Origin: Polyangiaceae bacterium
GTDB lineage: Bacteria > Myxococcota_A > Polyangia > Polyangiales > Polyangiaceae
Direction of reading: 5' to 3'
Assembly: GCA_965222375.1 (NCBI GenBank)
Contig: CBDCTZ010000015.1
Span: 992,001-1,056,000 of the forward strand
DNA length: 64,000 bases
This document shows, in pieces, positions 38,415-48,076 of the stretch. The notes below the pieces were generated by a model. The model had not been told where the DNA came from, did not search any database, and was given only the letters and a program-made list of their open reading frames with translations. A program made the translations under genes and the position numbers. Numbering within the stretch: the stretch's first letter is position 1; every line of letters begins with the position of its first letter.

Positions 38415-39401
38415 GTGAACAAATTCCTTCTTGGGTGTTTCCTAGCAATCGCAGCGGGTGGATGCGCGGAGGTCGAACTCACTGGTGAAGATGACGCTAC
38501 GGGCGGAGCCAGCAGCGACGCGGGGGCCGACTCCAACAGCGACAGCAGCGCTCAGGGCGGCGCGGGCGCAGGAGGCGCGGGCGGCGGCGCGGCCACTGCT
38601 GGCGCCGGAGGGAGCGCCGGCTCAGCGGGTGCCGGAGGCCAAGCGGGTCAGGACTCCGGCGCTGCGCCGACCTGCACTGACAAGCTGAAAAACGGGAGCG
38701 AAAGCGACGTCGATTGCGGCGGCTCCTGTCCGACCTGTGCCAACGGCAAGACCTGCAACGACGGTGGCGACTGCACCTCCGCCTATTGCAACGCCACATG
38801 CCAACCGCCTCCAGCGGCGTGTTCCGACAAGGTCAAGAACGGCTCGGAAACCGACGTCGACTGCGGCGGTTCGTGCCCGAAATGTGCAATTGGCAAGAAG
38901 TGCGTCGGTAATCCCGATTGCCAGTCTGGAAACTGTGTCGGCACGACCTGTCAAGCTGCGCCGCCGTCCTGCACCGACAAGATCAAGAACGGATCGGAGA
39001 CTGACGTCGACTGCGGCGGCTCGTGTCCCAAGTGCCAGAGCGGCAAGGCATGCTCAGGCAACACCGATTGCACAAGCGGACAGTGCGCAGGCACGTCATG
39101 CGCCTGGGTAGTGATCGTCGCGCCAAACGGCAACAACACATTCAGTCCCAAGTCCCTCACCATCGCCACAGGAGACACGGTGCGTTGGGTTTGGGAGGAG
39201 AAGGGACACACCGTCACCGGAGGGTCCGGTTGCGGAGACTACAGCCCGGGCTGGTGCTCCATGAACAACTCCAACTGTCAATCGGCTCCGACGTCGGATG
39301 AATTCGCAACCTACGACCGCACGTTCCCGACCGCGGGGACCTTCCCATATTACTGTCGCCCGCACTGCGGAAACATGAAGGCCACCGTCACGGTGCAATG
39401 A
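38415..39401 (+). CDS. Lipoprotein with three Cys-rich repeats and a plastocyanin-like domain
   Basis: 3x C.DK.KNGSE[ST]DVDCGGSCP; FSPKSLTI..GDTV.W...HTVT...YYCRPHCGNM. Confidence 0.8.
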   Translation: MNKFLLGCFLAIAAGGCAEVELTGEDDATGGASSDAGADSNSDSSAQGGAGAGGAGGGAATAGAGGSAGSAGAGGQAGQDSGAAPTCTDKLKNGSESDVDCGGSCPTCANGKTCNDGGDCTSAYCNATCQPPPAACSDKVKNGSETDVDCGGSCPKCAIGKKCVGNPDCQSGNCVGTTCQAAPPSCTDKIKNGSETDVDCGGSCPKCQSGKACSGNTDCTSGQCAGTSCAWVVIVAPNGNNTFSPKSLTIATGDTVRWVWEEKGHTVTGGSGCGDYSPGWCSMNNSNCQSAPTSDEFATYDRTFPTAGTFPYYCRPHCGNMKATVTVQ

Positions 39402-39414
39402 GGGGGAAACCGCC

Positions 39415-42297
39415 ATGAGTGCTGCAGCAAACACCAACGCGGGTCGGCACAAGACTCTGCCCCTCGAACTCGGCAAGCCGGTCTTCTCGGATGCAGTGAG
39501 CTCGACCCATCTTGCCCGCAAGGCGAACCGTCCCGACGCGGAATGGATCGAAGTGACCGAGGTGGCAAACGCAGTCTCGACGGACCCCGCAATTCGCGTC
39601 AGTTTCGTCCACGATAGCCAACTCGCTTCTTCGGTAAAAAGCCGACATTTTCTTCGGCCGCTGCACACGAGCACGCGAGAGGATCAACTGGTCTTCACAA
39701 CCGAGCACCTGCCAGGCGAACGGCTGCACGCACTCGTCCATGCCCGCCGCGTCGTCGGCTCGACCCTGCCCATGGAGGTCGTACTGCGGATCTTTCTGGA
39801 CGTGGTGGAAGGATTGCGTGCACTGCACCAGCGCCAGGGCGCGCCAGTCGTTCACGGTGATGTGACGCCAGCGTCCATCATCGTGACTCATGGTGGGTCG
39901 TCGTTGCTGGTTCATTCGGGCATCGCCGCAGCAGCCAAACTTCCCAAGGTCGAAAACCCACGTCTCGCCTACAAGGCACCCGAGCAGTTCCGGGAGTCCC
40001 AAAAAGCAACCCCGGCAACCGATGTCTATTCCGTCGGCATGACCATGTGGGAGGCGCTCACTGGTCGGCTCCCGGAACGACGACCGGACACGAACACAAT
40101 ACTGCCCAAGTTCTCCGAGGTCGCGCCCTCAGGTATCCCAGAGAAGGTCTCCAAGGTCATCGAACGCTGTGTTGCGTTCGAACCCTCGGATCGCTACCCC
40201 AGCGCGAGGGAACTACACGAAGAGCTGCTCCTAGCCGCGGCGGCAGATCTGGCTTCCGAGCTGGAGGTGTCAACCTTGATGCTCGCGACCACGCGACCCG
40301 CGCTGGCTTCAGTTCCCGATGACGGCACCACGAGCGTAGTTTCTCCGGCACCGCTACCGCCGCCGCGCCCTCCGCCACGACCCAGCCACGAGCGAATGCA
40401 GGCCGTGGCGGCTCACTCGGCGACAACCGACGATGATGCCGTGACGACGCTGTTCAATCGCGACACGGATGCGCCAGGCGCGATCAGTGAGGCGGACTTC
40501 GTAGAAACAGCACCGGAACGGCGAATCTTCGACGCCGAAGATGCCACCGAGCGCATGGACGCTCCATTAGGCGCCGACGAGCCGGAGCAGGAAGGGCCGG
40601 CCCGAGCGGGTCGCGGCTGGATGGTCTTGTTGTGGGGCTTCGCCGCGGTGCTGGCAATCGCCGTCGTTCTGCTCGAACTCGTGACTCCGAAAGGCGGAAC
40701 CGACGCAACGGACTCTTCGGACAAGGAGACGGCGAGTAGCAAAGCCAAAGGCTCGGAATCGAAGGGCTCTTCGAAGGCAGCCACTGCGATCGCCAAAGAA
40801 CCCACCAAAGGCAAGGCAACCTGCGCCGCAGACCTCCAGACGGACGCCAAAAACTGTGGCGCCTGCGGGGTGGATTGCGGCGGTGCCAAATGTCTCGACG
40901 GACGCTGCGGCGTCATCGACTTCGTGAGTGATCAAAACCGACCGAGCGCTGTCGCGGCAGACGACAAGGCCGTGTATTGGACCAATTACGCTTCGTCGGG
41001 CAGCGTCGTTGCTGTTCCACTCGCCGGAGGCTCTCCGAAGACGCTTGCCGAAAAACAAAACCTGCCCGACGGCATAGCCGTCGACAACGGCACTGTGTAC
41101 TGGACCACGGGCAAGGGATCCATCATGAGCGTTCCCAGCTCCGGCGGGAAGCTGAAAACCTTGGCGTCGGGCCAGTCGCACCCATCAGCAATCACCGCCA
41201 AGGGAGACTCGGTCTACTGGGTGAACCAGACTTCGAACGGCTCGGTCATGAGCGTGCCAGCGGGCGGTGGCAAAGCGTCTCAGCTCGTCGAGTCTGTCAG
41301 CATGCCCTGCGGGATCGCGGTTGACGATACCTCGGTGTTCTACAGCAGCTACTCCCTCGGCACGGTCGCGCGGGTTCCGCGCTCCGGGGGCAAACCCATC
41401 GAGCTCGCAGCCGGGCAGGCATTCCCTTGCGCCGTGGACGTCGTCGGCGACGCCGTCTACTGGGTCAACACCGGTAAGCCGAGTTCGGTCATGAAAGTGA
41501 GCCTCAAGGGAGGCAAACCCAAGGCGCTCGTCGCCGATACGGCTGCTCCGTCTGGCCTCGCAGTTGGCGAGGGTCATGCCTTCTGGACCACCACCGGCCA
41601 ACGTGGCGCGTTGATGCGCGTCGCGCTTTCCGGTGGCAAGCCAGAAACCGTTGCGAGCGGCGTCGGCAACCCCGCAGGTGTGGTGATCGGCGGAGGCAGC
41701 GCAATCTTCGCCGACTACTCCGGTGGGGCCATCAAGCGGGTTTTCGTCGGAGGCAGCGCCGAACCTGCGCTGATTGCCGCGAGCCACACCAAGGACGACC
41801 CCCATGCAGGACACGTGATGCCCGCAATGACAGCGTCTGCCGCGGGCAGCGCAGAGCCAGCACCCGCAGCCAGCGCCCCCGCCCCCGCGGCACCAGCCGC
41901 CCCCGCGGCAGCTGACGGTCCAGTGGACGTCACCATCGAGATCGCAAGCAAAGGCAACTTGATGGCCTTCGACATCACAGAACTAACCGTCAAGGCGGGG
42001 CAACGCGTCAAGGTGATCTTCAAGAACGTCGCGACCCATGCCGTCATGAAACACAATTGGGTGTTGGTCAAGCCGGGTACGGAAGAGGAGGTGGCGGCAG
42101 AAGGGTTGGAGGCCGGCGAGGCCAATCACTACATCGTCTTCACGAACCCAGATGTGCTCGCAGCAACCAAACTCGCCAAACCAGGGGAGACCGTCGAAGT
42201 CGTGTTTACTGCTCCTGCCGCAGGCACCTACCCGTACGTGTGCACCTTTCCCGGTCACTACATGATGATGAAAGGCACGCTGACCGTTACCCCATGA
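39415..42297 (+). CDS. Pseudokinase, TM, beta-propeller and azurin-like domain fusion
   Basis: HGDVTPAS (vs HRDxxPxN), HSG (vs DFG), YKAPE, DVYSVG; TM; 'IAVD..VYWT' propeller repeats; HNWVLV...CTFPGH..M type-1 Cu site. Confidence 0.85.
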   Translation: MSAAANTNAGRHKTLPLELGKPVFSDAVSSTHLARKANRPDAEWIEVTEVANAVSTDPAIRVSFVHDSQLASSVKSRHFLRPLHTSTREDQLVFTTEHLPGERLHALVHARRVVGSTLPMEVVLRIFLDVVEGLRALHQRQGAPVVHGDVTPASIIVTHGGSSLLVHSGIAAAAKLPKVENPRLAYKAPEQFRESQKATPATDVYSVGMTMWEALTGRLPERRPDTNTILPKFSEVAPSGIPEKVSKVIERCVAFEPSDRYPSARELHEELLLAAAADLASELEVSTLMLATTRPALASVPDDGTTSVVSPAPLPPPRPPPRPSHERMQAVAAHSATTDDDAVTTLFNRDTDAPGAISEADFVETAPERRIFDAEDATERMDAPLGADEPEQEGPARAGRGWMVLLWGFAAVLAIAVVLLELVTPKGGTDATDSSDKETASSKAKGSESKGSSKAATAIAKEPTKGKATCAADLQTDAKNCGACGVDCGGAKCLDGRCGVIDFVSDQNRPSAVAADDKAVYWTNYASSGSVVAVPLAGGSPKTLAEKQNLPDGIAVDNGTVYWTTGKGSIMSVPSSGGKLKTLASGQSHPSAITAKGDSVYWVNQTSNGSVMSVPAGGGKASQLVESVSMPCGIAVDDTSVFYSSYSLGTVARVPRSGGKPIELAAGQAFPCAVDVVGDAVYWVNTGKPSSVMKVSLKGGKPKALVADTAAPSGLAVGEGHAFWTTTGQRGALMRVALSGGKPETVASGVGNPAGVVIGGGSAIFADYSGGAIKRVFVGGSAEPALIAASHTKDDPHAGHVMPAMTASAAGSAEPAPAASAPAPAAPAAPAAADGPVDVTIEIASKGNLMAFDITELTVKAGQRVKVIFKNVATHAVMKHNWVLVKPGTEEEVAAEGLEAGEANHYIVFTNPDVLAATKLAKPGETVEVVFTAPAAGTYPYVCTFPGHYMMMKGTLTVTP

Positions 42298-42779
42298 CTG
42301 TCGGAGCAGGCGCCCCCATGAGCGTTCACCCAATTCGCGCGGCTGCCACGTCGAAAAGTCCTCCTCGAATCGTCGCGGAGGTCATGACCCACCCGGTGTG
42401 CACGATCCCCCGAAGCGCGACGGCCCGGGAGGCAGCGGCGCGTATGCTGAGGAACCGGCTTCGGCACTTGATTGTGCTCGACGATAGGGGGCGGGCCGTT
42501 GGTGTGCTCAGCGATCGGGATCTCAAGACCGCCCAGCCATCGGCGTTGATGCTAAGGGACCCCGAGATGCGCGCCAAAGCGCTTTCCTTGGTGCGCGTGA
42601 GCGAGGTGATGGTGAAGTACCCGCAAGTGATTCGCCCAGAGCAATCCATCGCCGACGCGCTTCGCGTGATGCTGCAGTTCCGCATCGGCTGTGTGCCCGT
42701 GATCAAGGCGGACGAAGAACTCGTGGGCATATTGACGGGTGGCGACGTCGCGAAGCTCGCACTGTCGCTCTTGGAGTAG
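42294..42779 (+). CDS. CBS-domain pair protein
   Basis: VAEVMT..RHL.V..GVLSDRDL; VSEVM..IGCVPV..LVGILT; ATGA overlap with the upstream gene. Confidence 0.85.
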   Translation: MTVGAGAPMSVHPIRAAATSKSPPRIVAEVMTHPVCTIPRSATAREAAARMLRNRLRHLIVLDDRGRAVGVLSDRDLKTAQPSALMLRDPEMRAKALSLVRVSEVMVKYPQVIRPEQSIADALRVMLQFRIGCVPVIKADEELVGILTGGDVAKLALSLLE

Positions 42780-42918
42780 CGAGTTCAAGTGCGACTGAAC
42801 CCGCGGCGCTGCTAACCGCAGCTTCTGCGCACGCCGAGCGCTATCGCGCGCCGCTTGCGTGTCTCGTTTCACAAAACTTCGACAAAGGCCTCGGCATACA
42901 TCCTGCGTCAAAGTGGGC

Positions 42919-43332
42919 ATGACGTTCCTCTTGCGCGCCGCGTGCGTCGTGGGATTGACGGTCGTGAGCTGCGGGCCGCCAGTCATGCCGCCCACTTCGG
43001 GACACGCACCGCCCGAGGCGGCACAGTCCACCGCGACGCTGGATGGCGAAGTGCTCGGTGTGGATGGTCGTAGCCCCGAAACTCAGCTGGCGAAGAGCGT
43101 GCGTCTGCGTCTGCTCACGGAGTCCGGTTCACGAGTGGAGGTCGTGCTGGCCCCCGCTTGGGTGCTGGATGAAAAGGGGCTGAGTTTCACGCCGAAAGAG
43201 CGAGTACGCGTGAAAGGCAAGAAGACCGTGAAGGCCGGTGAGCCCGTATTCGAGGCCCAGACCATCGAGCGCGACACCAAGATCCACAAGCTGCGGGACG
43301 AAACCGGCAAACAGCTCTGGAGAGATCGCTGA
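42919..43332 (+). CDS. Small lipoprotein, probable OB-fold
   Basis: VVSC lipobox; 'TLDGEV...V.LAP.W......ERVRVKG...LRDETGKQLW'. Confidence 0.6.
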   Translation: MTFLLRAACVVGLTVVSCGPPVMPPTSGHAPPEAAQSTATLDGEVLGVDGRSPETQLAKSVRLRLLTESGSRVEVVLAPAWVLDEKGLSFTPKERVRVKGKKTVKAGEPVFEAQTIERDTKIHKLRDETGKQLWRDR

Positions 43333-43409
43333 CGCGAGAGGGAAGCATCCCACAGCGCCTGCGCTCACCTTCTTAGAATGTACCCGCGCGGGGGTGCTAG
43401 AATAGATTC

Positions 43410-43811
43410 GTGGCAAAGACCGGATCGCAACAACCACCGGCTGGAGCCCCAGACTCGGCGGGCTTTCTTTCGGCTAGGGATGCACAGGGAAGCGACATCG
43501 ACTTGACTCCGATTCGGCCCCTTTTGGACCGCATGGTCGCGATTTGGAGACCCGAGCGGATCTGGTTGTTCGGGAGTCGCGCCCGTGGTGAAGCGCAAGG
43601 CTGGAGCGACTGGGATCTCTTCGCCGTCGTGCCCGATGACGTGCCCGATGACAAAGTCGGGCCCTTGGCGAGCTGGCGGCTCCGAAAGGAGTCGCGTGCT
43701 CGGGCTGACGTTCTTCCCTGCCACGCTTCGGACTTCCGGAGGAATCGGGACACCCCGAACACGATGGCGTACGAAGTGGCGAGGGGGGGCGTGCTCGTGT
43801 ATGAGCGCTGA
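43410..43811 (+). CDS. Minimal nucleotidyltransferase (MNT) antitoxin-like protein
   Basis: WLFGSRARG....SDWDL (GS-x10-DxD). Confidence 0.85.
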   Translation: MAKTGSQQPPAGAPDSAGFLSARDAQGSDIDLTPIRPLLDRMVAIWRPERIWLFGSRARGEAQGWSDWDLFAVVPDDVPDDKVGPLASWRLRKESRARADVLPCHASDFRRNRDTPNTMAYEVARGGVLVYER

Positions 43812-44238
43812 CACCGTCATAGCGAACTATCTCAGGATCGCGTTCCAGGATCTCGAAGGTGCAAAGATCCTCGCGGGCGCGAACAATCGAAATGCCATCT
43901 ACTTGTGCGAGCAAGCTGCTGAGAAGATCATTCGCGCGGTCCTTACTTCCGAGGGCCAACACGCCGGCATCCGGCATCTACTTGACGAAATGGTGGAAGC
44001 GGTGCCAGACGCGAACCCGCTAAAGCCACTCTTGCAGAAAATCGAGCATCTCGCGGCGTTCGCCACAACGTTCCGCTACCCAAGCCCCGTCGGAAGGATT
44101 AAGGCAACGCCTCCAGCGCCCGATCTGGCCAAGTACATTGCCGACGTTGAGGCGGCGCTAACCGAGGCAGTCGCACGGTTCGGTGTCGACCTATCGAAGG
44201 CGGATGACCCAGCCGCCAACCCCGGACCTATACGATGA
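43801..44238 (+). CDS. HEPN-domain protein
   Basis: 'AFQDLEGA...YLCEQAAEKII.AVL...H.L...FRYP'; overlaps the MNT gene. Confidence 0.85.
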   Translation: MSADTVIANYLRIAFQDLEGAKILAGANNRNAIYLCEQAAEKIIRAVLTSEGQHAGIRHLLDEMVEAVPDANPLKPLLQKIEHLAAFATTFRYPSPVGRIKATPPAPDLAKYIADVEAALTEAVARFGVDLSKADDPAANPGPIR

Positions 44239-44519
44239 ACCACCACCCGCAACGAAAAGCCCCAGGCCTACCGCACCCGCGTGGCCCGCGTCGTACTGCC
44301 CGAGGGCTTGCCCTAGGCGCACAGCAGGCGTTGCTATTGGCACACGCCCAAGCCACCCGGAGATATCAGTGGCATGCACTTGAGGCTGCTTGGGCAGTCG
44401 ACGTTTCGAGCAGCACCGGCCGATCCCGCCACCCCACTTCCCGCAGCACCTCCGTACTACCCGTGGAACCTAAGACCTCGCCTTGACCCACCACTTGGCC
44501 CCGGCTACTTTCACACCAC

Positions 44520-45185
44520 GTGGTTTTCGCGCCGACAAACTACCGAGAGCAGGTGGAGGCTGCGATGGCTGCCGCGGCGACGATGTTGGGCGCGAGCTGG
44601 CAACCCGACCCCAGCTGTCGGCAAGGTATCGGCTTCGTGTCCCGCGGTGAGGTGAACGGTTGGCCCGTGGAGGTGCGTGGCTCCTATGGAGCGGACGGCT
44701 CGGGGACCGGCACCCAGGGCATCAGCGTTGCGCTGAAGGTGCTGGGCAACACGTACGGGATCGTCACTTCTGCCGGCGTGCGCGGGTTGTACGAAGGAAC
44801 GCTGCGGCTCGTGACGCGATGCGCGCCGAAGGCGGTGGGCGCGGCGTGGCTGGACGAGGGGGTGAAACGTGCGCTGCTGCACGACCCCGTGGTGTGTATC
44901 ATCGAGGCCGAGCGCGACGGGATCAGGCTGGGTCTCTCCGCCGTCCACGCCGCGGATCCGCAGGCCCTGGCGCGAGCCGCAAGGCTCGGGGTGGACATGC
45001 TCCAGCGCCTCCCGAGCGCCATCGGAGCGGCGGGTGCGGGGCAGTACCTCGCGAGTTCGCTCGACAGCCACCCCGAGGTGATCGCGCATCGCCGCGGAGA
45101 TCGACGTCAGACGCTGTTCGGAATCGCGCTGATCGTGACGATCCTGGGTGTAACGACTGCGTTCATCATCTGGCTGATGTTATAG
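44520..45185 (+). CDS. Hypothetical protein with C-terminal TM
   Basis: 221 aa open frame with a hydrophobic C-terminus. Confidence 0.55.
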   Translation: MVFAPTNYREQVEAAMAAAATMLGASWQPDPSCRQGIGFVSRGEVNGWPVEVRGSYGADGSGTGTQGISVALKVLGNTYGIVTSAGVRGLYEGTLRLVTRCAPKAVGAAWLDEGVKRALLHDPVVCIIEAERDGIRLGLSAVHAADPQALARAARLGVDMLQRLPSAIGAAGAGQYLASSLDSHPEVIAHRRGDRRQTLFGIALIVTILGVTTAFIIWLML

Positions 45186-45234
45186 CGCACGCAGGTGCTC
45201 GCTGTGTGACGCAGAAGACCGGACGTCGCAGCTC

Positions 45235-45690
45235 CTAGTTGCAGACCCCCAGATTTCCCCCATTTGGAAGAGGCGTGCACTGGCCAACGTTGCACGGCTT
45301 GCCGCCCATGCAGCAGAACTTGTGGCATGTGTTGTCGATCACGCAGGTCGATCCGCCCATGCAGAATGTTGTGTTCGGAATGCAGGCATTGCCAGGCGCG
45401 ACAGTCCCGACATCATCGAAACACTGGGGCAGTGGGCCAGCGGCGAAGTCACAGGTTTGATTGGTCGTGCACCCTTCGTTGGTCACCGGGTTGCAGGGCA
45501 TCGTCGGACACTTGCCGGCCCCCTCACTTCCCGCACTTCCCGCCGACCCCGAAGCACCACCACCGCTACTACCACTCCCCGCAGCACCTCCGGATCCGGT
45601 CTTGGTGCTACCCGTGGAGCTGCTGGAACACGCAGCGAGGCTCAGCGCCAACAGTGAAACAACCGCGAAGGGGGCGAATCTGGCAACCAT
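45235..45690 (-). CDS. Small Cys-rich lipoprotein with G/S linker
   Basis: MVARFAPFAVVSLLALSLAAC; CNPVTN.GC...CHKFCC. Confidence 0.75.
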   Translation of the reverse strand: MVARFAPFAVVSLLALSLAACSSSSTGSTKTGSGGAAGSGSSGGGASGSAGSAGSEGAGKCPTMPCNPVTNEGCTTNQTCDFAAGPLPQCFDDVGTVAPGNACIPNTTFCMGGSTCVIDNTCHKFCCMGGKPCNVGQCTPLPNGGNLGVCN

Positions 45691-45957
45691 GCCTGAAGTA
45701 TCGCAGCTCCTGCAATCGAGCACCAGAGCTGGCAACGCGACTAGCCACGGCACCGCACGAGCAGCCGCACCACTGCGGACCGCGGGCAAGAGAGGACGCT
45801 CCGTATCTTTGGGGAGCAGCGCAGCTCTGTTGCCAGCCAAAAAAACATCTTCAGTTGTTTGGGAAGGCAACAGAGCTGAACTGCCGCTCCAAGGCACGTC
45901 GGGGAGCCCTCACCTGCTGGGGCGCGCACCACGGCTGTCCGCCTACTGGCGCCATGA

Positions 45958-45984
45958 TACTTATATGCACTATGCATATAAGTA
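45958..45984. promoter_or_regulatory. AT-rich perfect palindrome (candidate operator)
   Basis: TACTTATATGCA-CTA-TGCATATAAGTA. Confidence 0.55.
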
Positions 45985-46009
45985 CCCAAGCGCCCGATCG
46001 CGGCGCGAC

Positions 46010-47965
46010 TCAGGGCTTGCGAGGGCCCGAGGGCGGCACTCGGATACTCGGTGGCGGTGGCGTGAGGCTCGACACTGGCGGCGCCATGCTCACGGGAGGC
46101 ACGGACAGGCTCACGGGCGGCGCTTCGGGCTCGAAGGTGAGCACGACGCGATACACGCCTCGGTCCAGCTCCGAACGCACGGTCATGCCGCTGCGGTGAA
46201 ATACGCCGAGCATGTCGCGGTTGTTCGGCAGCACGTCGGCGGCAAAGCCCCGCACGCCGCGAGCCTTGGCGATCTCTGCTGTGCGCTGCATCAGCGCGGT
46301 GCCAATGCCCTTGCCTTGCCATTCGTCTTTGACGACAAAGGCGATGTCCGCGAGCCCAGTGGCGGGATCCACGTCGTAGCGGCAGATGGCGACGAGCTCG
46401 GAGCTGGGGTCCGTGCCCGCCAATACGACCAAGGCCATGTTGCGATCCAAGTCCAGGTCGACGAGTTCGCGGATTTCTTCGTTGGGGTGTTCCCGCTTGT
46501 ACTGGAGGAAGCGCTGATACGTGCTCTCGTCGCTGAGATGATAGAACAGGTCCTGCAGCGGCTCTTCGTCGGCGGCGCGAGCCGGGCGAATCAGGACTTT
46601 CTTGCCGCGGATCTCCTCGATGCGCTCTTCTTCCCAAGCGTAGATGGCCCGGGGCACATTTTGCTCTGGGAAGACGTAGTGCCGCTCCTTGGCTTGGTCC
46701 AAGAGCTCCGCACGGAAGTCCGGGTGTGCGATCTCGATCAAGGCCGTGGCACGTTGACGGATGTTCTTGCCCCAGAGATCCGCCACGCCGTACTCCGTGA
46801 CGACGTAGCGTACGTCTCCGCGACTGGTCACGACCCCCGCCCCTTGATCCAGGGTGGTGACGATGCGACTCATGCTGCCCTTCTTGGCGGTGGAGGGCAG
46901 TGCGATGATCGGTTTGCCGCCGCGGCTGCGTGCCGCCCCGCGAATGAAGTCCACCTGCCCGCCAATACCGGAGAAGAACCGGCCCTTGATGCTGTCAGCG
47001 GCGACCTGCCCCGTCAGGTCCACCTGCAGCGCCGAGTTGATGGCAATCATGGATTCGTTCTGAGCGATGATGAACGGGTCGTTGGTGAAGTCGCTGGGAC
47101 GCATCTCCACGATGGGGTTGTCGTCTATCCAGTCGTAGAGACGTCGCGTCCCCATGGCGAAGCTCGTCACGACTTTGCTGGGCAGAATCGTCTTCTTGCG
47201 GCCGGTGACCACGCCCGCCTCGACCAAGTCGATCACGCTGTCACTCAGCATCTCCGTGTGCACGCCCAGGTCGACCCGGTCGTGCAAGGCCTCGATCACG
47301 GCATGGGGGATTCGTCCGATCCCGGTCTGGAGGGTGGCGCCATCCGGGATCAGTGTCGCGACATGACGACCGATTTCCCTGCAGGTATCGTCCAGGGCCT
47401 CGACCTCCAACTCCGGCAGCTGAGTGTTCACCGGCACGATGGCGTCGATTCGATCCATATGTAGGAAGGAGTCGCCGAGGGTGCGAGGCATGTTCGGGTT
47501 GATTTCCGCGATGATCCAATCCGCGGTATCCACGGCCGCCCGCACGATGTCGACGGCAACCCCGAGGCTCACGTAGCCGTGAGCATCCGGGGGCGACACC
47601 TGGATCAACACGCCATCGATGCGCACCCGGCGCGAGCGAATCAGCTCCGGGATCTCCGACAGGAACACCGACATGAAGTCGGCGCGGCCTTCTTGCACCG
47701 CCTTGCGCACGTTGGCACCGATGAAGAAAGCCACGTGGCGAAAGCGCCGCTCCAGGCCCGGCGCGACATAGGGTGCGGCGCCAAGTGTCAAAAGATGCAC
47801 GATCTCGTTGTCGGCCAGGTGGTCACCGTGGTCGACCAGGGCTTGCACCAAGGTTTCGGGTTCGCCGGCGCCCGAGCCCACGAGTACCCGGCGGCCGCGT
47901 TGGATCATGCCGATGGCAGCGGCGGGGGTTCGGAGCTTGTCGGCGTATTGCTGTCGGAAGTCCAT
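46010..47965 (-). CDS. Acetyl-CoA hydrolase/CoA-transferase fused to a C-terminal GNAT domain
   Basis: LQTGIGRIP, GVHTEMLSD, SGIGGQVDF, VVTEYGVADL; GNAT 'VKDEWQGKGIGTALM..N..M..F'. Confidence 0.92.
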   Translation of the reverse strand: MDFRQQYADKLRTPAAAIGMIQRGRRVLVGSGAGEPETLVQALVDHGDHLADNEIVHLLTLGAAPYVAPGLERRFRHVAFFIGANVRKAVQEGRADFMSVFLSEIPELIRSRRVRIDGVLIQVSPPDAHGYVSLGVAVDIVRAAVDTADWIIAEINPNMPRTLGDSFLHMDRIDAIVPVNTQLPELEVEALDDTCREIGRHVATLIPDGATLQTGIGRIPHAVIEALHDRVDLGVHTEMLSDSVIDLVEAGVVTGRKKTILPSKVVTSFAMGTRRLYDWIDDNPIVEMRPSDFTNDPFIIAQNESMIAINSALQVDLTGQVAADSIKGRFFSGIGGQVDFIRGAARSRGGKPIIALPSTAKKGSMSRIVTTLDQGAGVVTSRGDVRYVVTEYGVADLWGKNIRQRATALIEIAHPDFRAELLDQAKERHYVFPEQNVPRAIYAWEEERIEEIRGKKVLIRPARAADEEPLQDLFYHLSDESTYQRFLQYKREHPNEEIRELVDLDLDRNMALVVLAGTDPSSELVAICRYDVDPATGLADIAFVVKDEWQGKGIGTALMQRTAEIAKARGVRGFAADVLPNNRDMLGVFHRSGMTVRSELDRGVYRVVLTFEPEAPPVSLSVPPVSMAPPVSSLTPPPPSIRVPPSGPRKP

Positions 47966-48076
47966 CACGCAATCATCTCCATGCAGGGGCGGGGTAAGCA
48001 ATCTTTGCACCAGCCCCACCGACGGTGATGCTGCGCTTTCGCTACGCAGGCTTTGCGCGGGCTGTCGGGTCGAGCT

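Noticed and set aside
45958..45984. Chromosomal dif site
   Set aside because: Lacks the conserved XerD arm (TTATGTTAAAT-like) and the 6-bp spacer geometry
45461..47464. 667-aa plus-strand ORF
   Set aside because: Antisense to a clear CoA-transferase-GNAT gene; a typical high-GC shadow
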